A DNA stretch of 64,000 nucleotides from an uncultured Actinomycetota bacterium. GTDB taxonomy: Bacteria; Actinomycetota; Actinomycetes; Actinomycetales; Microbacteriaceae. The translations under genes and the position numbers were made by a program. The stretch lies in the NCBI GenBank assembly GCA_963839715.1, contig CAWIVX010000006.1:305616-369615 (forward strand). Reading direction: 5' to 3'. Under the pieces are notes generated by a model that did no database searches, was not told the origin of the DNA, and worked only from the letters and a program-made list of their open reading frames with translations. This document shows positions 36,467 to 46,968 of the stretch, in pieces (position 1 is the first letter of the stretch; the number at the start of each line of letters is the position of its first letter).

Positions 36467-37383
36467 CGATGCCCGCCGTCGCCGATACGGTCCTCAAGCT
36501 CGCCGTTCTGCTTCAAACGGGGGTCGCGCCTGCCCGCGCCTGGTCGCACCTCGCCGAAGCCGGAGACGACCACGCCGCACGCGTCTGCGCCGCGGTCGCC
36601 GGTGGCACTCCTCTCTCCCGTGCGATCGCCGCCGACGCCTCGCCGGCAACAGCAGGGCGCGGGGGCCGCGCCGCACGCCTCACCGCCGATGCCCAGAAGG
36701 CATCCTGGAGCGACGTGTCGGCGGCATGGCACGTGGCGACGGCTGTCGGTGCACCGCTGGCCGAGAGTCTGCGCTCTCTGGCCGTCGCGCTGCGCGACGG
36801 CCAGGAGGCGGCCGACGAGGTGCGCATCGCCCTCGCCGAGCCCGCGGCGACGGCGAAGCTGATGGGATGGCTGCCTCTCGTGGCGGTGGCGCTCGGGGTG
36901 GCGCTCGGATTCGACACGTTCGGCACGCTCCTGAGCAACCCGATCGGCATCGCCTGTCTCGTTCTGGGTGCCGCTCTGATCATCGGGGCTCAGCGGTGGA
37001 ACGCCGCTCTTGTGCGGCGCGCGCGGTCGGGCGACGGCGTGCCGGGCCTGGACGCCGAGCTGCTCGCGATCGCGTTGAGCGGCGGTGTGTCCATCGATCG
37101 TGCGCGGGCTCTCGTCGCCGAGGCGACGGGTGCGCAGGCGGATGCCGCGACGGAGGCGGTGCTCAGCCTGTCGCGGACGGCGGGGGTGCCGGCGGTGGAG
37201 CTGCTGCGGGCGTCGTCGGCGCTCGCCCGGCACCAGGCGCGCGTGGACGGCCGCCTGCGCGCCGCGCGCCTGTCCACCCGACTCCTCCTTCCTCTCGGGG
37301 TCTGCACGCTGCCGGCGTTCCTGCTGCTCGGCGTCGCCCCGATGCTTCTGAGTGTCATGACCACGGTTCCGCTGTCCTTCTGA
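36451..37383 (+). CDS. Type II secretion F-family platform protein, apparent TadB-TadC fusion
   Basis: First T2SSF unit (GAPLAESL...ATAKLMGWLP), then a second (ALSGG.S...LLLPLGVCTLPAFLLLGVAP). GGAGG precedes GTG 36451. Confidence 0.8.
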   Translation: MARTLTMPAVADTVLKLAVLLQTGVAPARAWSHLAEAGDDHAARVCAAVAGGTPLSRAIAADASPATAGRGGRAARLTADAQKASWSDVSAAWHVATAVGAPLAESLRSLAVALRDGQEAADEVRIALAEPAATAKLMGWLPLVAVALGVALGFDTFGTLLSNPIGIACLVLGAALIIGAQRWNAALVRRARSGDGVPGLDAELLAIALSGGVSIDRARALVAEATGAQADAATEAVLSLSRTAGVPAVELLRASSALARHQARVDGRLRAARLSTRLLLPLGVCTLPAFLLLGVAPMLLSVMTTVPLSF

Positions 37384-37434
37384 CCATGCCCGCCGATCCA
37401 TGCCCCATCCGTGCCCACCGATCCGTGCCCACCG
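37384..37434 (+). repeat. Short imperfect tandem repeat (unit ATCCGTGCCCACCG, about 3.5 copies)
   Basis: Exact copies at 37407-37420 and 37421-37434, degenerate copies at 37384-37406. Confidence 0.7.
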
Positions 37435-37453
37435 AACCCTGGAAGGAAATCCC

Positions 37454-37648
37454 ATGTCACTGCCCCGACTCACCCACCGCCGTTCCGCGCGGCTCTTCAC
37501 CGACGAGACCGGCGCCGCCACCGCCGAGTATGCGATCGCGACGATGGCGGCTGTCGCGTTCGCCGGCCTCCTGGTCGTCATCATGCGCAGCGACGAGGTG
37601 CGCGGCATCCTCACGGATCTGGTCCGTCGCGCGCTGACCGTCGCATGA
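37454..37648 (+). CDS. Flp-type pilin (DUF4244)
   Basis: Prepilin site DETG|AATAEY followed by a hydrophobic helix. SD AAGGA. Confidence 0.88.
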   Translation: MSLPRLTHRRSARLFTDETGAATAEYAIATMAAVAFAGLLVVIMRSDEVRGILTDLVRRALTVA

Positions 37649-37986
37649 TGCGGCGCGGGCTCGGCGACGACCGCGGTTCGGTGGTCGCCGAGTTCGCGGT
37701 GGCCCTTCCGGCGGTGGCGCTGGTTCTGCTCCTGGGCGCCGGCACCCTGGGCGCATGCGCCCGCCACGTGAGACTGCAGGACGGCGCGGCCGACGCCGCC
37801 CGCCTGGTCGCACGGGGGGAGTCCCACGCGCGCGCGAGTGCGGCCGTCGCGGCCGGCGTGTCCGGCGCCTCGGTCGTCGTCGGCGACCGGGGAGACCTCG
37901 TGTGCGTCACCGCGACGGCGCCGGCATTGGGCTCCGTGCCGATCATGCTGAGCGCGGTCAGCTGCGCGCTGGACGGGGGGCTGTGA
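37645..37986 (+). CDS. TadE-family minor pilin
   Basis: DDRG|SVVAEFAVALP, DAARLVARG. Confidence 0.85.
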   Translation: MMRRGLGDDRGSVVAEFAVALPAVALVLLLGAGTLGACARHVRLQDGAADAARLVARGESHARASAAVAAGVSGASVVVGDRGDLVCVTATAPALGSVPIMLSAVSCALDGGL

Positions 37987-38306
37987 TGGCGGGCACGATC
38001 CTGTCGGTCGGCGTCGTGGTGTGCACGGCCACGCTCGCGGTGGGACTCGCCACCGCCGGGTCGGCCGCCGCCTTCGCGCAGCGACTGACGGGCGTCGCGG
38101 ATGCCGCCGCGCTGGCGGCCGCGGATGCGGCATCCGGGGCGGTCCTGGGCGAACCCTGCGCCCGTGCGGCGGAGGTGGCGTCGGCATCGGGTGCCGGGCT
38201 GGCCGCCTGCACGCTCGACGAGCTGGTCGCCACGGTGACGGTGACGGGGTCGTTCGGACGCGTCGCGGGCTCGGCCTCGGCGAGAGCGGGACCGCCCGAC
38301 CCGTGA
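37986..38306 (+). CDS. Rv3654c-family TadE-like protein
   Basis: ADAAALAAA, C..A..VA...GA.L..C, C-terminal ARAGPP. Confidence 0.85.
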   Translation: MAGTILSVGVVVCTATLAVGLATAGSAAAFAQRLTGVADAAALAAADAASGAVLGEPCARAAEVASASGAGLAACTLDELVATVTVTGSFGRVAGSASARAGPPDP

Positions 38307-38414
38307 CCGAGGCACCCTGATCCCGCTCGCTGAGGGCGTACCGGCCCGCCGACGCTCTGGGGCGGAGCCTCAGTGCGTGTGTGTATGGTGTGCTTCGAAG
38401 AAAGGACGCCCCCG

Positions 38415-41156
38415 TTGGCAACAGGCAAGAAGCTCGTCATCGTCGAGTCACCGACGAAGATGAGGTCGATCCAGGGGTACCTCGGCGACGATTACGAGGT
38501 GCTGAGCTCCGTCGGTCATATCCGCGATCTCGCAAGCAAGAAGGACATCCCGGCCGAGAAGAAGACCGCGTACGGCAAGTACTCGATCGACATCGACAAC
38601 GACTTCGACCCCTATTACGTCGTCAACGACCGCAAGACCAAGACGGTCGCCGAACTCAAGCGCGCCCTCAAGACGGCCGACGAGGTCCTGCTCGCAACGG
38701 ATGAGGACCGCGAAGGCGAGGCCATCGCGTGGCATCTCCTCGAGGTGCTCAAGCCGAAGGTCCCCGTGCACCGCATGGTCTTCCACGAGATCACCAAGGA
38801 GGCCATCCGCGCCGCCGTCGACAACACCCGCGACCTCGACCTTGCGCTCGTCGACGCGCAGGAGACGCGGCGCGTGCTCGACCGCCTCTACGGCTGGGAC
38901 GTCTCGCCGGTGCTGTGGCGCAAGGTGGGGAGCGGGCGCGAAGGCGCGGCTCTGAGCGCCGGGCGCGTCCAGTCGGCGGCGACCCGCCTGGTCGTCGACC
39001 GCGAGCGCGAGCGGATGGCGTTCGTGTCCGCGGCGTACTGGGACGTCGAGGCGCTTGCGCTGAAGGCAGAGGCGTCGTTCACGACGCGCCTGGCGCGCGT
39101 GGACGGTGCGCCCCTGGCGCGCGGCACCGACTTCGACGACCGCGGCGAGCTCAAGAAGGTCGTCGTCGTCCTCGACGAGTCGCAGGCTCGCGCGCTGTCG
39201 ACCGCGATCGAGGGCGTCGGACAGGCTGCCGTCACCGCGCTCGAGTCCAAGCCCGGCACGCGCAGCCCCAAGCCCCCGTTCACGACCTCGACTCTCCAGC
39301 AGGAGGCCGGGCGAAAGCTCTCGATGAGCGCGAAGCACGCCATGAGCGTGGCTCAGCGCCTCTACGAGAAGGGCTTCATCACCTATATGCGCACCGACTC
39401 GGTCGCCCTCAGCACTCAGGCGATCACGGCGGCGCGCGAGCAGGCGGTCTCGCTCTACGGCGAGAAGGCCGTGCCGCTGAATCCGCGCGTCTACCGCAGC
39501 AACAGCAAGAACGCCCAAGAGGCGCACGAGGCGATCCGGCCGTCAGGGGAGCAGTTCCGCACGCCGGCATCCGTGTCCGGCGAACTGGACCGCGACGAGC
39601 AGCGCATGTACGACCTCATCTGGAAGCGCACGATCGCCAGCCAGATGTCCGACGCGAAGTACGAGACCACGACGGTCACGCTCGCCGTTGAGGCGCCGGT
39701 CGACGGAGCGGTCACGCGCGCCGAGTTCACGGCATCCGGCACCGTCTACACGTTCAAGGGGTTCCTCGAGGCCTACGAAGAGGGCCGCGACGAGAAGCGC
39801 AGCGACGCCGACAAGGCCGACGACCAGTCGCTGCCCGTGCTGGCCGTCGGCGACACCCTCCGTCTGAAGGAGGTCGAGCCGAAGGGTCACGCGACCACCC
39901 CGAAGCCCCGGTACACCGAGGCGAGCCTCGTGAAGGCACTCGAGGAGAAGGGCATCGGCCGGCCCTCCACGTTCGCGAGCATCATCGACGTGATCCTCGA
40001 TCGCGGCTACGTGACCAAGCGCGGGACGGCCCTCGTTCCCAGCTGGCTCGCCTTCAGCGTCGTCCGGCTGCTCGAGGAGCACTTCGCCGACCTCGTGGAC
40101 TACGACTTCACCGCGGCGCTCGAGGACGACCTCGACGCCATCGCACGCGGCGAGCAGCAGCGCACCGAATGGCTGAAGGAGTTCTACTTCGGCTCGGACG
40201 CCCAGCCGGGGCTGCGCAACATCGTCGAGAACCTCGGCGAGATCGACGCGCGCGAGCTCAACGCCACCCGCATCAGCGACACGACGACCCTGCGCTTCGG
40301 CAAGTACGGGCCGTACCTCGACGTGGTCGACCCGGCGGATCCTGACGCTCCGCCCCGCCGCGTCAACATCCCGGATGATCTGGCGCCCGACGAACTGACG
40401 GCGCAGAAGGCCCAGGAGCTGATCGATGCACCGGTCGCGGGCAACCGCGTGCTCGGGGAGAACCCTGAGAACGGCAGGCTCATCGTGGTCAAGGACGGCC
40501 GGTTCGGTCCGTACATCGAGGAGACCGAACCCGACGACGTGACCGCCGTCGATGAGGCCACCGGCGAGATCGTGGACGAGACGCCGAAGAAGAAGCCTGC
40601 TTCTAAGACCAGCGCGGCGAAGAAGGATGCCGCACCCAAGCCGCGGACCGCGTCTCTGTTCCGGTCGATGTCGGTCGACACGATCGATCTGGAGACCGCC
40701 CTCCGCCTGCTCGAGCTGCCGCGCACGGTCGGCACCGATCCGGAATCCGGTGAGGTGATCACGGCGCAGAACGGCCGCTACGGTCCGTACCTGAAGAAGG
40801 GCACCGACTCGCGCACGCTCGACTCCGAGCAGCTGATCTTCGACGTCACCCTGGAGCAGGCGCTCGCCATCTACGCGCTGCCCAAGTACGGCGCGCGGCG
40901 CGCGTCCACCGCGCTCGCCGAATTCGACGACGACCCGGTCAGCGGCAAGCCGATCCGGGTGCGCGACGGCCGATTCGGCGCGTACGTGACCGACGGAGAG
41001 ACGAACGTCACGATTCCGCGCGGTCAGACCGTTGCGGACATCACCTTCGAGATCGCCGTGCAGATGCTCGCCGACAAGCGAGCGAAGGGACCCGCTCCCA
41101 AGCGGACTCCGGCGCGCAAGGCGGCGACCACGCGCAAGGCGCCGGCCAAGAAGTGA
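38415..41156 (+). CDS. topA: DNA topoisomerase I
   Basis: LVIVESPTK, ATDEDREGEAI, SAGRVQ, ITYMRTD, AHEAIRP, actinobacterial C-terminal repeats and Lys tail. TTG start after AAAGGA. Confidence 0.97.
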   Translation: MATGKKLVIVESPTKMRSIQGYLGDDYEVLSSVGHIRDLASKKDIPAEKKTAYGKYSIDIDNDFDPYYVVNDRKTKTVAELKRALKTADEVLLATDEDREGEAIAWHLLEVLKPKVPVHRMVFHEITKEAIRAAVDNTRDLDLALVDAQETRRVLDRLYGWDVSPVLWRKVGSGREGAALSAGRVQSAATRLVVDRERERMAFVSAAYWDVEALALKAEASFTTRLARVDGAPLARGTDFDDRGELKKVVVVLDESQARALSTAIEGVGQAAVTALESKPGTRSPKPPFTTSTLQQEAGRKLSMSAKHAMSVAQRLYEKGFITYMRTDSVALSTQAITAAREQAVSLYGEKAVPLNPRVYRSNSKNAQEAHEAIRPSGEQFRTPASVSGELDRDEQRMYDLIWKRTIASQMSDAKYETTTVTLAVEAPVDGAVTRAEFTASGTVYTFKGFLEAYEEGRDEKRSDADKADDQSLPVLAVGDTLRLKEVEPKGHATTPKPRYTEASLVKALEEKGIGRPSTFASIIDVILDRGYVTKRGTALVPSWLAFSVVRLLEEHFADLVDYDFTAALEDDLDAIARGEQQRTEWLKEFYFGSDAQPGLRNIVENLGEIDARELNATRISDTTTLRFGKYGPYLDVVDPADPDAPPRRVNIPDDLAPDELTAQKAQELIDAPVAGNRVLGENPENGRLIVVKDGRFGPYIEETEPDDVTAVDEATGEIVDETPKKKPASKTSAAKKDAAPKPRTASLFRSMSVDTIDLETALRLLELPRTVGTDPESGEVITAQNGRYGPYLKKGTDSRTLDSEQLIFDVTLEQALAIYALPKYGARRASTALAEFDDDPVSGKPIRVRDGRFGAYVTDGETNVTIPRGQTVADITFEIAVQMLADKRAKGPAPKRTPARKAATTRKAPAKK

Positions 41157-41854
41157 CGCTCCGGCAGGAGCGGAGCAGGAAAGGCGCTCCCGTCCCCCCG
41201 AGGGGTCTGTTCATCACGTTCGAGGGGGGCGACGGCGTCGGCAAGACCACGCAGGCGGCACTCCTCGAGGAGTGGCTGTCGGCTCGCGGGCGCACCGTGG
41301 TGCGTACCCGTGAACCGGGCGGCACCGAGGTCGGCGTGCTGATCCGCGACATCGTCCTGCATCACCGCGGCGAGGTCGCCCCTCGCGCCGAGGCGCTGCT
41401 GTACGCGGCTGACCGCGCTCACCACGTCGAGACGGTCGTGCGGCCTGCGCTCGAGCGGGGTGAGGTCGTCATCCAGGACCGCTACCTCGACTCCTCCGTC
41501 GCCTACCAGGGAGCCGGCCGTGTGCTCGGCCGCGACGAAGTGCGCGACCTGTCCCTGTGGGCGACGGGCCGGCTGCTGCCCGACCTGACGGTGCTGCTCG
41601 ATCTCGACCACGCGGTCGCCCGGGATCGACTGGATGCGGACGAGAAGCCGTTCGACCGGCTCGAGTCCGAGCGGGCGGCGTTCCACGACAGCGTCCGCGC
41701 GGAGTTCCTGGCCCTGGCCGCGGACGAACCCGACCGGTTCCTCGTCCTCGACGCGTCACGTTCGCCGGCGGACCTTGCGACCGACATCCAGGGGCGTGTG
41801 GCGGCACTCCTCGACCGGGCCGCCGCCGCCGATGCCGTCGGCGGTGCGGATTAG
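41153..41854 (+). CDS. tmk: Thymidylate kinase
   Basis: FITFEGGDGVGKTTQ, REPGGT, DRY.DSSVAYQG. Confidence 0.96.
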   Translation: MTLRQERSRKGAPVPPRGLFITFEGGDGVGKTTQAALLEEWLSARGRTVVRTREPGGTEVGVLIRDIVLHHRGEVAPRAEALLYAADRAHHVETVVRPALERGEVVIQDRYLDSSVAYQGAGRVLGRDEVRDLSLWATGRLLPDLTVLLDLDHAVARDRLDADEKPFDRLESERAAFHDSVRAEFLALAADEPDRFLVLDASRSPADLATDIQGRVAALLDRAAAADAVGGAD

Positions 41855-41863
41855 GCTGGTGCC

Positions 41864-43054
41864 ATGGTGAACCCGGCGGTACCGGCGGCGCCCGCGCCAC
41901 CGATGCCCGGGGTTCCGTGGGGTGCGGTCTGGGGGCAGGACGCGGCCGTCGCGACGCTGCAGGCGGCCGCATCCGATCCCGAGTCGATGACGCACGCGTG
42001 GCTCATCACCGGGCCGCCCGGATCGGGACGGTCGACGCTCGCCTATGCGTTCGCGGCGGCTCTCATCGCGGAAGAGGGCGATGAGCGGGCGATGCGGCAG
42101 GTGCTGGCCGGCACGCACCCCGACATGACGGCGCTGCGCACCGAGGGCGTGATCATCTCCATCAAGGACGCCCGGTCGCTGGTGGAGCGCTCGTACTTCA
42201 GCCCGTCGCTCGGCCGTCACCGCGTGATCGTGATGGAGGATGCCGACCGCATGGTCGAGCGCACCTCCAACGTGCTGCTCAAGGCGCTCGAGGAGCCGCC
42301 GGAACGCACGGTGTGGATCCTGTGCGCCCCGAGCGACGCCGACCTCCTGCCCACGATCAGGTCGCGGGTGCGCACGCTGCGGCTCCGCGAACCCGACATC
42401 GCCGACGTGGCGCGCCTGATCGCACAGCGCACCGGCGTCGACCCCGCCATCGCAGAGCAGTCCGCCCGCCACGCCCAGCGTCACATCGGCATGGCGCAGC
42501 GTCTGGCGACGGATGCCGCCGCCCGCGCCCGGCGGAACGATGTCCTGCGCGGGGTGCTCGCCGTGCGCGGCGTGGGCGACGCCGTCGATGTCGCCGGCCG
42601 CGTCGTGGGCGCCGCGACCGACGACGCCAAGGCGCTCACCGCCGAACGGGACGAAGCAGAGCGCGCCGGCCTGCTGCGCACGCTCGGGATCGCCGAAGGC
42701 GCGGCCGTGCCGCCCGCGGTCCGATCGCAGCTGAGCGCGCTCGAGGACGACCAGAAACGTCGTGCCACGCGCAGCCTGCGCGACGGGATCGATCGCGTGC
42801 TGACCGATCTGCAGTCGATGTTCCGCGACGTCATCATGCTGCAGTTCGGCCGCGGCGGTCCCGCGGACGGAGACCTGATCAACCGCGAACTCGAGCCCGA
42901 GCTGCGGGCCGTCGCCTCGGCCTGGTCGATCGAGCGGACGCTCGTCGTGCTCGACCAGATCGCCGAGACCCGCCGAAACCTCGAGCAGAACGTCGCACCC
43001 ACACTCGCCCTGGAAAGCATGCTCGTGACTGTCGCGAGCGGGAGGAAACCGTGA
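41864..43054 (+). CDS. holB: DNA polymerase III delta' subunit
   Basis: HAWLITGPPGSGRS, HPD, NVLLKALEEP, PTIRSR. Follows tmk. Confidence 0.94.
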   Translation: MVNPAVPAAPAPPMPGVPWGAVWGQDAAVATLQAAASDPESMTHAWLITGPPGSGRSTLAYAFAAALIAEEGDERAMRQVLAGTHPDMTALRTEGVIISIKDARSLVERSYFSPSLGRHRVIVMEDADRMVERTSNVLLKALEEPPERTVWILCAPSDADLLPTIRSRVRTLRLREPDIADVARLIAQRTGVDPAIAEQSARHAQRHIGMAQRLATDAAARARRNDVLRGVLAVRGVGDAVDVAGRVVGAATDDAKALTAERDEAERAGLLRTLGIAEGAAVPPAVRSQLSALEDDQKRRATRSLRDGIDRVLTDLQSMFRDVIMLQFGRGGPADGDLINRELEPELRAVASAWSIERTLVVLDQIAETRRNLEQNVAPTLALESMLVTVASGRKP

Positions 43055-44621
43055 GACCCACCGCACACCCCTCGACCTCTCCGCGGCGGGCGGCCCGCAT
43101 CATCGCCGTCCTGGCAGGACTGGTGGCGGCATCCGTCGCCCTCTCGGGGTGCCTGTACTCGCTCATCCCCGAGACGCGGGCCACTTCCACGGCCAGCCCC
43201 GCCCCCGACACCGAGGGCGTCGCCGCCGACCTGCTGCCCTTCTACCAGCAGACACTGTCGTGGTCGGCGTGCGACGCGTTCGAATGCGCGACGGTCAGAG
43301 CCCCGCTCGATTGGGCCGACCCGGGCGCGGGAGAGATCGAGCTGTCGGTCATCCGGCAGCGCGCGCTGTCGGGCGATCCGATCGGATCGCTGTTGACCAA
43401 CCCCGGCGGTCCCGGTGCGAGCGGCGTGGCCCTCATCCGCGACAGCATCGGCTTCGCGATCGGCGCGCCCCTTCAGGAGCAGTTCGACGTCATCGGCTTC
43501 GATCCGCGCGGGGTGGGCGAGTCGACGGCGGTGCGGTGCCTCGACGCCGCGGGCATGGACTCCTACCTGTTCGACATCCCCGACGACCCCCGCGGGTCCG
43601 CCGGCTGGACCGCGGAGCGGACGCAGGCGAACCAGGTGTTCTCCGATGCGTGCGAGGCCGGCAGCGGCGGCATCCTCCCGTTCATCACCACCGAGAACGC
43701 CGCGCGCGACATGGACCTCCTGCGCGCGGTGCTCGGCGACCCGCAATTGAACTACCTCGGGTACTCGTACGGCACCTTCCTCGGCGCCACGTACGCGAAG
43801 CTCTTCCCGGAGCGGGTCGGGCGCCTCGTGCTCGACGGCGCGATCGATCCCTCCGTGTCCGGCGTCGATGTCGAGCATCAACGCAAGCCATCGGCTTCGA
43901 GTCGGCCTTGCGCGCTTATATGACCGACTGCCTCGCGGGCTCGGACTGCCCGTTCCGCGGGTCGGTGGACGAGGCGATGGCCGACCTGGGGACTCTGCTG
44001 GCGAGCGTCGACCAGTCGCCGCTTCCGGCCGCGGACGGCCGCCTGCTCGGCGCCGACTCGCTCCTGACGGGCATCATCGCCGCGCTGTACTCGCAGGAGA
44101 GCTGGCCGTTCCTCACGGTCGCCTTGAGCGACGCCCTGCAGGGCGATCCCGAAGTCGCCTTCCAGCTCGCCGACTTCTACTACAACCGCGAGAACGGCGC
44201 CTATCTGGACAACTCCACCGAAGCCTTCCGCGCCTACAACTGCATGGACTATCCCGCCGACACCACCGATGCGGCGCAGGCGGCGGCGGACGCCGTGATA
44301 GCCGCTGAGGCGCCCACGGTTGCTCCGTACTGGTCGGGTCCCGATCCGTGCAAGACATGGCCGTATCCGCCCACCGGAACGCGCGGTCCGATCGCTGCCG
44401 ACGGCGCCGCACCGATCGTGGTGGTCGGAACGACCAACGATCCCGCAACGCCCTACGAGTGGTCGGTCGCACTGGCCGACCAGCTGTCCTCCGGAGTGCT
44501 GATCACCCGTGTCGGGGAGGGTCACACGGGGTACAACAAGGGCAACGCGTGCGTCGACACCGCCGTGGAAGCGTACCTGCTGCAGGGAACGGTTCCGGAG
44601 GACGGACTGCGCTGCGAGTAG
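43051..44621 (+). CDS. Lipoprotein alpha/beta hydrolase (TAP-like/Hip1-type peptidase); apparent frameshift near 43875
   Basis: Lipobox LSGC, NPGGPG, FDPRGVG, GYSYG nucleophile, DPATP, GEGH. Confidence 0.88.
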
Positions 44622-44694
44622 CCCCGTCGGCGCGTTCGCGGGTGCCCCGACGACACGGTAAGATCGATGATCGTGCATCGCGCAAGCGGCGCGC

Positions 44695-44767
44695 GCCACC
44701 TTAGCTCAGTCGGCAGAGCATCTCACTCGTAATGAGAAGGTCGAGAGTTCGATTCTCTCAGGTGGCT
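44695..44767 (+). tRNA. tRNA-Thr (anticodon CGT)
   Basis: GCCACCT/AGGTGGC acceptor, TCTCA-CTCGTAA-TGAGA anticodon arm, GTTCGATTC T-loop. Confidence 0.97.
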
Positions 44768-44885
44768 CGGATGGGCTCCGGCCCGGTTCCCACGGCATGA
44801 GGCCCGACGTCCGACGGGCCTGCGTCCTCGGCCCCGATCTGGATCAGCGGCAATGCTGGGACACAGACAGAGGTGGAAAAGCGGC

Positions 44886-45281
44886 ATGCACACAGCGGTC
44901 GATGCCGTCGTCGAGATCTTCACGTGGGTCGGCTTCGGCGTGGGCGCGCTGCTGGCGGGCATCGCCCTCGTCGCGTACCTGCTGGACGGCACGTGGGTGC
45001 CCGTGCGCGCCGTCGTCGAGGCCACCGACGACGGCGCGGTCGTCCGCTGGTTCGATGAGGACGGCGGGGTGAATGAGGCGCCGCTCAGTCACGAGCAGAC
45101 AGCCCTGGTCGGGACGGCGGAGATGTACGACATCTTCACCCGGCGGGGGTGGAACAACCGCATGCGGCTCACGCAGCACTCGCCGTTCGTGCGCGCCATC
45201 ACTCTCCTGGCTGCGGGCCTGATCGCCCTCGGCGTGATCGCGCTGATCGTCTCGTGGGTGCTCCTCTTCGCGCGCGGCTGA
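44886..45281 (+). CDS. Hypothetical two-TM protein (DUF3592-like topology)
   Basis: N- and C-terminal TM helices flanking a small beta-rich region. Codon usage typical of real genes. Confidence 0.7.
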   Translation: MHTAVDAVVEIFTWVGFGVGALLAGIALVAYLLDGTWVPVRAVVEATDDGAVVRWFDEDGGVNEAPLSHEQTALVGTAEMYDIFTRRGWNNRMRLTQHSPFVRAITLLAAGLIALGVIALIVSWVLLFARG

Positions 45282-45303
45282 AAGGCCGGCCACTCGTTCT
45301 GCG

Positions 45304-46295
45304 TCAGGCCACGGCGAGCATCCCGCCTGCGACGAGCGCGAGCGCCAGCCCCACCCACTGCACCCCCGCGACGCGTTCGCGCAGGACGAGCGCAGCCAGC
45401 AGGATGGTCCCCGCCGGGTAGAGCGCCGTCAGCGCCGAGACGATCGACAGGTCGCCGATGCGCAGCGCCAGCAGCATGAGAGCGTTGGCGGCGGCATCCA
45501 CGACACCGCATGCGAGCGCCAGCAGCCACGCGCGCCGAGCCGACCCCGTCACCGGCCGTGTCGGTGCTGTTCCGTGCCGGGACGACGCCGAGGCCACCTG
45601 GGCGTGCTCGAGGTCGGCATGCCCCGTCGGCGTCGCGCCGATGGCGATTCCGCTCACGTCCAGGACGGATGCCGCGCGCTCGCCCCTGCGGAGCGCACGA
45701 GCGATGAGCGCGCCGATGATCACCGCGGTGATCGCGAGGTTCGTCACGCGGGTCATCACGAGCGGAACGAGCCCGCTCTCGTCGCTCGTCTGATCGATCG
45801 CGATCAGGAAGGCGCCGATCGCAAGGCCCGCGCCCAGCGCCATCAGAAGGCCCCGAGCCTGGGGCCGCACGACCTTCTCTCCGGGGATGAAGCCGACGAG
45901 CACCACTGCGACCAGCGCGACCGCGAGTCCTGCATAGCCGATGGGCGACAGGCTCTCGCCGTTCACGAAGAGCCCCCACAGCATCGGTGCGATCGCCGAG
46001 ACGACCGCGGTCAGCGGCGACAGGATGCTCATCGGACCGATGGCGAGGCAGGCGTACAGCAGCGCGATGGCGACGACGCCGAATGCACCGGCCAGCACTC
46101 CCCATGCGACGTCGTCGGGTGACCACGCCCCCCGACGAAGGGCAGGGCCAGCGAGAGGACGACGAGACCGGATGCCGCCGCCGCCGACGTGACGACGATC
46201 GACCGCAGGCGCTTCGCCGCGAGACCGCCGAGGAAGTCGGCCGCGCCGTAGACGATCGCGCCGACGAGCGCCAATCCCGCAGAGAGCATGGTCAC
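45304..46295 (-). CDS. DMT/EamA family transporter; apparent frameshift near 46130
   Basis: YGAADFLGG, GPMSILSP, LTALYPAGTILLA..VLRER. Confidence 0.87.
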
Positions 46296-46386
46296 TCCAG
46301 CTTAGGGAGGGCCTGGGACGGGTTCCCGCCGGTCGCCTGCGACGGAGCCCGATGACGCGCGGGCGCGAGCGTCGTACCCTCGAATC

Positions 46387-46968
46387 ATGACCAGAGCACT
46401 GTTCATCGTCGACGTCCAGAATGACTTCACCGAGCACGGAGCACTCGGTGTCGCGGGAGGCGACGAGGTGGCTGCGCGCATCACGCGGTTCCTCGCCGAG
46501 CATCGGGACGACTACGAGATCGTGGTCGCATCGCGCGACTGGCACGATGCCGACAACGACAACGGCGGCCACTTCGCCTCCGGCGAGCCCGACTTCGTCG
46601 ACACCTGGCCGGCGCACTGCGTCGCCGGCACAGCCGGCGCCGACTACGACGACGCGTTCGACACGTCGGCGGTCACGCACCACCTGAAGAAGGGCCAGGG
46701 CAAGCCGGCGTACTCGCTGTTCGAGGCCACCGGTGACGACGGCACGACCGCATCTCAGCTGCTCGAACGGCACGGCATCATCGACATCGACGTGGTGGGC
46801 CTGGCCACCGACTACTGCGTGCGGGCATCGGCGCTGGACGCGATCGAGCACGGCCGCCACGTCCGGGTCTTCACGGATCTGGTCGCCGGCGTCCACCCTC
46901 AGTCCAGCGAGCGCGCGCTCGCCGAGATCGCCCATGCGGGTGCGGAGCTGGTCGAGTCGGGTGACTGA
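46387..46968 (+). CDS. pncA: Nicotinamidase/pyrazinamidase
   Basis: VDVQNDF, DWH, WPAHC, K.....YS.F, GLATDYCV. Confidence 0.93.
   Translation: MTRALFIVDVQNDFTEHGALGVAGGDEVAARITRFLAEHRDDYEIVVASRDWHDADNDNGGHFASGEPDFVDTWPAHCVAGTAGADYDDAFDTSAVTHHLKKGQGKPAYSLFEATGDDGTTASQLLERHGIIDIDVVGLATDYCVRASALDAIEHGRHVRVFTDLVAGVHPQSSERALAEIAHAGAELVESGD

Noticed and set aside
37384-37434. CRISPR array
   Set aside because: Repeats are 14 bp, directly adjacent, with no spacers, and there are no cas genes in the window.
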